Of a stretch of 64,000 bases of DNA, positions 58,967 to 64,000 are shown piece after piece (position 1 is the stretch's first letter; each line of letters opens with the position of its first letter). The notes under the pieces are model-generated. The model did not search any database. It worked only from the letters and a program-made list of their open reading frames with translations, and had not been told where the DNA came from. The position numbers were made by a program, and so were the translations under genes. Origin of the DNA: Promethearchaeota archaeon (GTDB lineage: Archaea > Asgardarchaeota > Lokiarchaeia > Sigyniarchaeales > SOKP01); NCBI GenBank assembly GCA_019058245.1, contig JAHPZJ010000013.1, positions 265,166 to 329,165 on the forward strand. Direction: 5' to 3'.

Positions 58967-60274
58967 CTATTTAATCCATGGATCTGGTAATTTTAATCCG
59001 TCCAAGGCTTTATCTTCAAATACTTGCTTCGCTGAGTGCATTAAAGACTTTTCGATTCCTGCGATGTTATGATTTGTAGCAACTAAAAGATTCAACTTCT
59101 TACAAATACCTTCAGCATCAGACCAAATGTTATATAGGAGAAGTCCTCGTGGAGCTTCTGTAACTCCAACACCATTTCCTTCTCTTGGTTCAACATCGAG
59201 TGTTTTGCAATCAGGATTCACGATATCAGGATCTTTGAGTAATGTAGCAATCATCTCAATTGATTCTACCATTTCAATTATTCTCGCCCAGTGATATGCA
59301 AAAGTATGGTGTATTACATTAGTACCTATTTTTTCTCTCATTGCCTTTAACGCATCATCTGCTAATGGTGTAGCCATTTTGTCAGCACAATTAATCATTG
59401 CTAAAGTATTCGCTCGATAAATACCCTCAGGGTATCCCGCTGGCTTATAGTACATATGAGTTGCATAAGAATGTTTAGGAATATGTTCTCCAAGTGCTTC
59501 CAGATAATTTTGAGGTTTATAATCAAATTTCTCTCCGGTTGGAGAAACAATTCGGATATCACCATCATAAATATCATGAACACCATTTTTTGTTAACCCT
59601 ACATAATAAGTAGGCACAACACCGACATTAGCTACAACATCCCAATAATCTTCTACAACTTTTAAAGCAATATCAACCGTTTTCTTTGTAAATTCTATTT
59701 GTTCATCAATTACTTTTAAGAATTTATCACGTACGTCTTCATCTAAAGGCTTTTTCATGCCTCCAACTATCGCAGATATTGGATGAACAGCTTTACCACC
59801 TACTGCAGCACATAATTTCTGACCGAAATCCATCATCTTTAACGCCATAGCTCCAACATCAGGCATTTTATTTATTACATGAACAACATTTCTTAAAGCC
59901 GGATCTGCGAAAGGTCCTAATAAGAAATCAGGAGCCGCAAGAGCATAGAAATGAATAACATGTGATGAATATTGTTTCGCATTGATTAATAACTGTCGTA
60001 ATTTATATGCGGGGGTAGGTATCTGAACACCCCAAGCGTCTTCTACTGCTTTAGTGGGTGTTAGATGATGAGGAATTGGACAAATACCACAAATTCTTGG
60101 AGTTATTCGAGGTACATGTTCGCAATAACGTCCCTCGACAAATTTCTCAAAAAATCTTGTTGATTGGATATTGAATTGAACATCCTTTACTGTACCATCA
60201 TCTCCAAGTACTACCCTCAACCCACCATGACCCTCTAATCGGGTAACAGGTTCAACTTCTATTTCTTTTACCAT
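58967..60274 (-). CDS. vhuA: F420-non-reducing (group 3c) hydrogenase large subunit, split type lacking the C-terminal motif
   Basis: EPVTRLEGHG, RICGICPIPH L1 motif, EAPRG, LVAT; ends at PDPWIK without DPCxxC. Confidence 0.92.
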   Translation of the reverse strand: MVKEIEVEPVTRLEGHGGLRVVLGDDGTVKDVQFNIQSTRFFEKFVEGRYCEHVPRITPRICGICPIPHHLTPTKAVEDAWGVQIPTPAYKLRQLLINAKQYSSHVIHFYALAAPDFLLGPFADPALRNVVHVINKMPDVGAMALKMMDFGQKLCAAVGGKAVHPISAIVGGMKKPLDEDVRDKFLKVIDEQIEFTKKTVDIALKVVEDYWDVVANVGVVPTYYVGLTKNGVHDIYDGDIRIVSPTGEKFDYKPQNYLEALGEHIPKHSYATHMYYKPAGYPEGIYRANTLAMINCADKMATPLADDALKAMREKIGTNVIHHTFAYHWARIIEMVESIEMIATLLKDPDIVNPDCKTLDVEPREGNGVGVTEAPRGLLLYNIWSDAEGICKKLNLLVATNHNIAGIEKSLMHSAKQVFEDKALDGLKLPDPWIK

Positions 60275-60277
60275 TTA

Positions 60278-61603
60278 TTATGCACCTCCTTTTCTTGATG
60301 CTAATGTAAATTTCTCAAAAGTACCAATAGGATCTTTGACTTGGGAAAGCAATTCCTCTTTAGATAAGCTTATGTTAAATCCTTTCAGTACTGTATCAGC
60401 AAACCTCTCTGCTTGATTAACACCCCATTTGGTCTGTCCATAACAACCCGTACATGGAGCATTAACTTTAATGCATAAGGCACCACAGCCAGCTTGAGTT
60501 ACAGGACCCATACAAATATAACCTTGTTCAAGTAAACAATCTTCCATATTTGGTATTCCTTCGTAATCTCGCTTAACCCTTGTCATTGTAGATTTACTTC
60601 CAATGATTCTTGGACATGTATCACAGACATTTGAAATTTCATGGAAATCAGGATTATCTCTTAAGAAGCTCATTAAATTCGAAGCAATTTCCTCAGTTGT
60701 AGGGGGAAGATTTGCTAATTGTGTCTCTGGAGCACCATGTTTCTTTATTTGTTTTAAAATATCACCAGCAAGATCAAAACCAGCCATTAAAGGAAGATTT
60801 AAAAACAGTGGTAAAAATTCAAAAATACTCTTTTTATCACCTGAACTTATGGCTCCAAGATCTTTTGTCATACTATTTAATTTTTCAGCTCTAACACCTA
60901 CTGTCTTAGCCGGTCCCATACAACCTAAACATGGAGATCCATTATTTGGACATTTCAATGAACATCCAATGCTTGTAATTGGTCCGAAACACAATTTACC
61001 TGCATCTAATAGACATCCAGATTGATTTAATGCACAATCATTACAAAATGCCAAATCATTCATAGGGAATGGCTTTTGACCGAGTAAAAACCCAATTGCA
61101 CTATATATTTGTTGTGATTTTGGAGGACACCCCGACATATATGCATCCACTTTGATTACCCTATCTACGGGTACAATCTTGGATTCAAAACCAGGAACAT
61201 GTTCCGTTGGTTCTCCACCACTTTCATCTGCAATACTCTCTACTTGTGAGAATTTTCTGTCAATTAACTCTTGTATATCCCATTGGTTAGCTAATCCATG
61301 TACATTTCCATAACATGAACAACTACCAAAAGCTACAATAATAGCACATTTTTGACGCATTAATTTTGTACCTTCAACATCTTGTTTAGTTCGAAGGCTC
61401 CCTTCTATAAATCCAACAACAATTTCACCATCTTCTCTAGCTTCCAACGAATTATACTTGAAATCAACTACTGCTGGCCAATAGACAATCTCTAGCGCTG
61501 GTAAGACTGGCAAAAGGGCTAGATGTAAATCAATTAAACTCTGATGACAACCCCAACAGTCACTATTTTGCCAAAATGCAACCTTAACAGGTATAGAGAT
61601 CAC
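60278..61603 (-). CDS. vhuG: F420-non-reducing hydrogenase small subunit with duplicated C-terminal Fe-S module
   Basis: CWGC, FIEGS, AFGSCSCYG, GCPP, then two CxxC...CLL..G..C.GP.T..GC...C......C.GC.G modules. Confidence 0.88.
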   Translation of the reverse strand: MISIPVKVAFWQNSDCWGCHQSLIDLHLALLPVLPALEIVYWPAVVDFKYNSLEAREDGEIVVGFIEGSLRTKQDVEGTKLMRQKCAIIVAFGSCSCYGNVHGLANQWDIQELIDRKFSQVESIADESGGEPTEHVPGFESKIVPVDRVIKVDAYMSGCPPKSQQIYSAIGFLLGQKPFPMNDLAFCNDCALNQSGCLLDAGKLCFGPITSIGCSLKCPNNGSPCLGCMGPAKTVGVRAEKLNSMTKDLGAISSGDKKSIFEFLPLFLNLPLMAGFDLAGDILKQIKKHGAPETQLANLPPTTEEIASNLMSFLRDNPDFHEISNVCDTCPRIIGSKSTMTRVKRDYEGIPNMEDCLLEQGYICMGPVTQAGCGALCIKVNAPCTGCYGQTKWGVNQAERFADTVLKGFNISLSKEELLSQVKDPIGTFEKFTLASRKGGA

Positions 61604-61707
61604 CTCTTTTAATTTTAGCAGTTTTTACAGCCATTTTATTTTTCACTTTTGTTGTTTTTTTTTGATTTTAAATTATCTAATTTGTTATAAAAATAATTAG
61701 TTGAGAT

Positions 61708-61788
61708 AGTTTATTCATAACTTTATTAAAAACTTCTGATTAAGTTTATGATTAGACAGATTTATTTAAATTCAAGTTTATGAATAAA
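61708..61788. promoter_or_regulatory. Phased repeated motif in the hydrogenase/Lrp divergent promoter
   Basis: AAGTTTATGA at 61742 and 61774 (32 bp apart) plus a near-inverted copy TTATTCATAACTT at 61711. Confidence 0.4.
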
Positions 61789-62420
61789 TATTCAAAATAC
61801 TTAGTGAGTTAATTTGAATCGTTTTTTTAAATACGAAATTGATAGTACGTTTTAATAATTAAAAAATGATTTTCTGTCAAATTGTCATAAAAATATAATC
61901 TAATTTTATTATTTTTTTAAAAAATATATTTTCTGTTTTGCTTATTAAAATTAAACTATACGTCCTTCCTTAATCAATTCAGCTATTATTTGTCGATCAA
62001 CATTATCTAATAGCATTTTTAAATACTGAGATTAATTTTATTAATTATAACTTTATTGCAAGTTTTTAAAAATTGTTGATTATAAAAATTCAATTAGCTT
62101 ATATCTTTAATAAATAAATTAGTATATTCCTCTTTTATATTAAAAAAGCCATCGCTTCTTAAACTATATTGAAATAAATCGGTAATACATAGTTTATATT
62201 GATTATTATTAATGATTTGTAACAATTTTCATTACTTCATTTAAAAATTAAGTATATCATTATTATTTTTATTGTCATACAAAATTTCAACTTTCAATTT
62301 GAAATTTTTTATAGAATTTTGTTGCAGAATGAAACTAGAAGGCAATAAACTGTTTAAAGCTTCCTAAATCCTTATAAGGAATCAATTTTTTTTTATATAA
62401 GCATTTCTAATAATATAATT

Positions 62421-62984
62421 ATGCCTTTAGATCAAATTGATAGACAAATTCTAAAATTATTATTTGAAAATGGTCGAGAAAGCTTAAGCTCATTGAGTTT
62501 AAACGTTTTAAAATCAAACAAAGAAACAATGAGTCATGCAGGTATTGCAAAAAGAATTTCAAAATTGGAGGATGAGCGTATACTTAAAATACAAGGTAAT
62601 ATTGGTATTAAGAATTTAAACTATTTTGCCGCATTTATCTTGATTGAAATGAAAAATTATGATGAACTACAAAATATAATTGAAGCTTATTCAGAATGTC
62701 CAAGAGTTTTTCTGCTGGCACAAGTTACAGGTCAATATAATTTGATATTAGGGATTATCGGGCAAAATGTGGATGTTTTACATCGATATATTAATTATTG
62801 TGGTCCTACAAATAAAAAAGGAATTTTACACTCTATGGTAATGTTCACATCCGAAATAATAGTACCTCAATTTCTTCCCCTTAATCTCTTTAGTGGTATA
62901 AGTAAGGAAGATAAATGTAGCAACATTTGTTGTGATTGTGCAGCATTTCTTGATAAAAAATGCAGTGGATGTGGTAACTTTTAA
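62421..62984 (+). CDS. Lrp/AsnC transcriptional regulator with C-terminal Cys cluster
   Basis: LDQIDRQILKLL..NGR wHTH, VTGQYNL RAM domain, CSNICCDC...CSGC tail. Confidence 0.88.
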   Translation: MPLDQIDRQILKLLFENGRESLSSLSLNVLKSNKETMSHAGIAKRISKLEDERILKIQGNIGIKNLNYFAAFILIEMKNYDELQNIIEAYSECPRVFLLAQVTGQYNLILGIIGQNVDVLHRYINYCGPTNKKGILHSMVMFTSEIIVPQFLPLNLFSGISKEDKCSNICCDCAAFLDKKCSGCGNF

Positions 62985-63307
62985 AATTAGGACTATATCT
63001 TAGTTTATATAACATCAACTAAATATTTTGGGTAATTTCTTTCTAAAACCTCATATAGAATAATAAATAGGATTTTTGTATATAAGTTTGTACCATTTTT
63101 GGACAAATTAAATAGCAATAAAAGAATGAAAGCGTTGTTTCATATTGAAACTTTATTTTCTATATTGTTGAAATTTGAAACAAGACTTATTTCTGAGGTT
63201 TAAATTATCCAATTTAAGAAATGCTTATAAGTAAGCTATTTCTTTTAAGTTTAAAGTAATCTTTTTAAAAAAAATAAATATCTTTAAATTTAAAAGTGAT
63301 TCTGAAA

Positions 63308-63970
63308 ATGAACAAGAAAATTTTGAGATTGTTCATTATATTCTTCTTTGTTTTTGCAACTATAGGAACTGTTAGTGCTTGGCCTGGATATATGACAGAA
63401 TGGGACGAAACTGATCATGGATCATGTCATGCGGGAACCTATACTGAGTCTACAGGTACATTATCTGCAACAATTACTCCTGTAAATACCACAACTGTTA
63501 CACTCGATCCTGGAACTACCTTTAATGTTACCCTTGATATTACAGGATTTACTGCGGCAGCAAATATGCACGTTTTAGTTGGTATATCTGCTAAAATTAG
63601 TGATAATCATGATTTTTTTTTTGGTGTTCATAATGATACAGGAGAGCTTGGGGCAACTGCCTTTGAGATTGGATTAGACGCCTCTGGAAATGCTAATAAC
63701 ACAGTAACTATTATTACATTCGCTCCTACTACTGGTGGTTCTCATACATTAACAATTGTGGCTGTTGAAGGAGGAGAATCATTCTCTACTTATCACCCAT
63801 TTAATTACATTAAAACTGAAATAACAGTTACAGTTAAATCTACAAGTAGTGGTGGTATTCCAGGATACAGTATTTTCTTCATTATTTCAGCAGGGATTAT
63901 AACTACTGTACCAATAGTATTAATTATACTTCGTAAAAGAAAAAATCATAAAGGAGTTGAGTTCAATTGA
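63308..63970 (+). CDS. Secreted Ig/Reeler-like protein with IPGY (Loki-CTERM/PGF-CTERM-like) sorting tail
   Basis: Signal peptide; Thr-rich beta domain; SSGGIPGY + TM + RKRK; ATG at 63308 (track start GTG 63296). Confidence 0.8.
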   Translation: MNKKILRLFIIFFFVFATIGTVSAWPGYMTEWDETDHGSCHAGTYTESTGTLSATITPVNTTTVTLDPGTTFNVTLDITGFTAAANMHVLVGISAKISDNHDFFFGVHNDTGELGATAFEIGLDASGNANNTVTIITFAPTTGGSHTLTIVAVEGGESFSTYHPFNYIKTEITVTVKSTSSGGIPGYSIFFIISAGIITTVPIVLIILRKRKNHKGVEFN

Positions 63971-64000
63971 AGAAGAATAAAATGATTGTGTTAGCTGTAA

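Noticed and set aside
58857-59072. Plus-strand 71-aa ORF over the vhuA/vhuU junction
   Set aside because: Antisense to vhuA and vhuU, no motif; the minus-strand Sec frame explains the region.
58967-60274. vhuA as a truncated pseudogene
   Set aside because: The missing C-terminal motif is encoded by the adjacent vhuU, a known split architecture.
1325-61025. Numerous short (60-160 aa) ORFs nested in or antisense to recognised genes (e.g. 1325, 4821, 14240, 19182, 27373, 27955, 47333, 50561, 60603)
   Set aside because: They overlap well-supported genes and show no independent coding motifs.
63410-63435. c-type heme motif
   Set aside because: The sequence is HGSCH with a single Cys, not CxxCH.

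Overview
Very AT-rich, gene-dense archaeal chromosomal window, most likely from a Lokiarchaeia (Asgard) genome. The evidence is a small-GTPase/longin/roadblock/V4R expansion, eL13, an archaeosortase with an IPGY-type sorting tail, and a eukaryote-type SECIS. No rRNA, tRNA, CRISPR array or transposase was recognised. Metabolic genes fit amino-acid fermentation: Tdh/Kbl, AbfD-like dehydratase, aminotransferase, ADP-forming acetate-CoA ligase, PEP synthase, and a vhuG-vhuA-vhuU-hdrC-hdrB hydrogenase/heterodisulfide reductase operon with hypC and cooC. Four highlights. (1) Seven small GTPases. Five carry an N-terminal uDENN/longin domain; four of these have a D-x-x-x-R-G loop matching the arginine-finger loop of eukaryotic FLCN/SMCR8 GAPs, and the fifth is degenerate. 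These look like GAP-GTPase fusions on both Rab-like and Rag-like GTPases. They occur alongside roadblock, longin-wHTH and V4R proteins and a 1409-aa single-pass receptor-like protein with a cytoplasmic longin domain. (2) A 49-aa selenoprotein (VhuU) missed by the ORF track; its own UGA stop codon forms the core of a eukaryote-like SECIS. (3) An intact but apparently catalytically dead class III ribonucleotide reductase paralogue. (4) An eL13-HhH fusion. Family assignments come from motif recognition by eye and remembered consensus sequences; no database searches were run.
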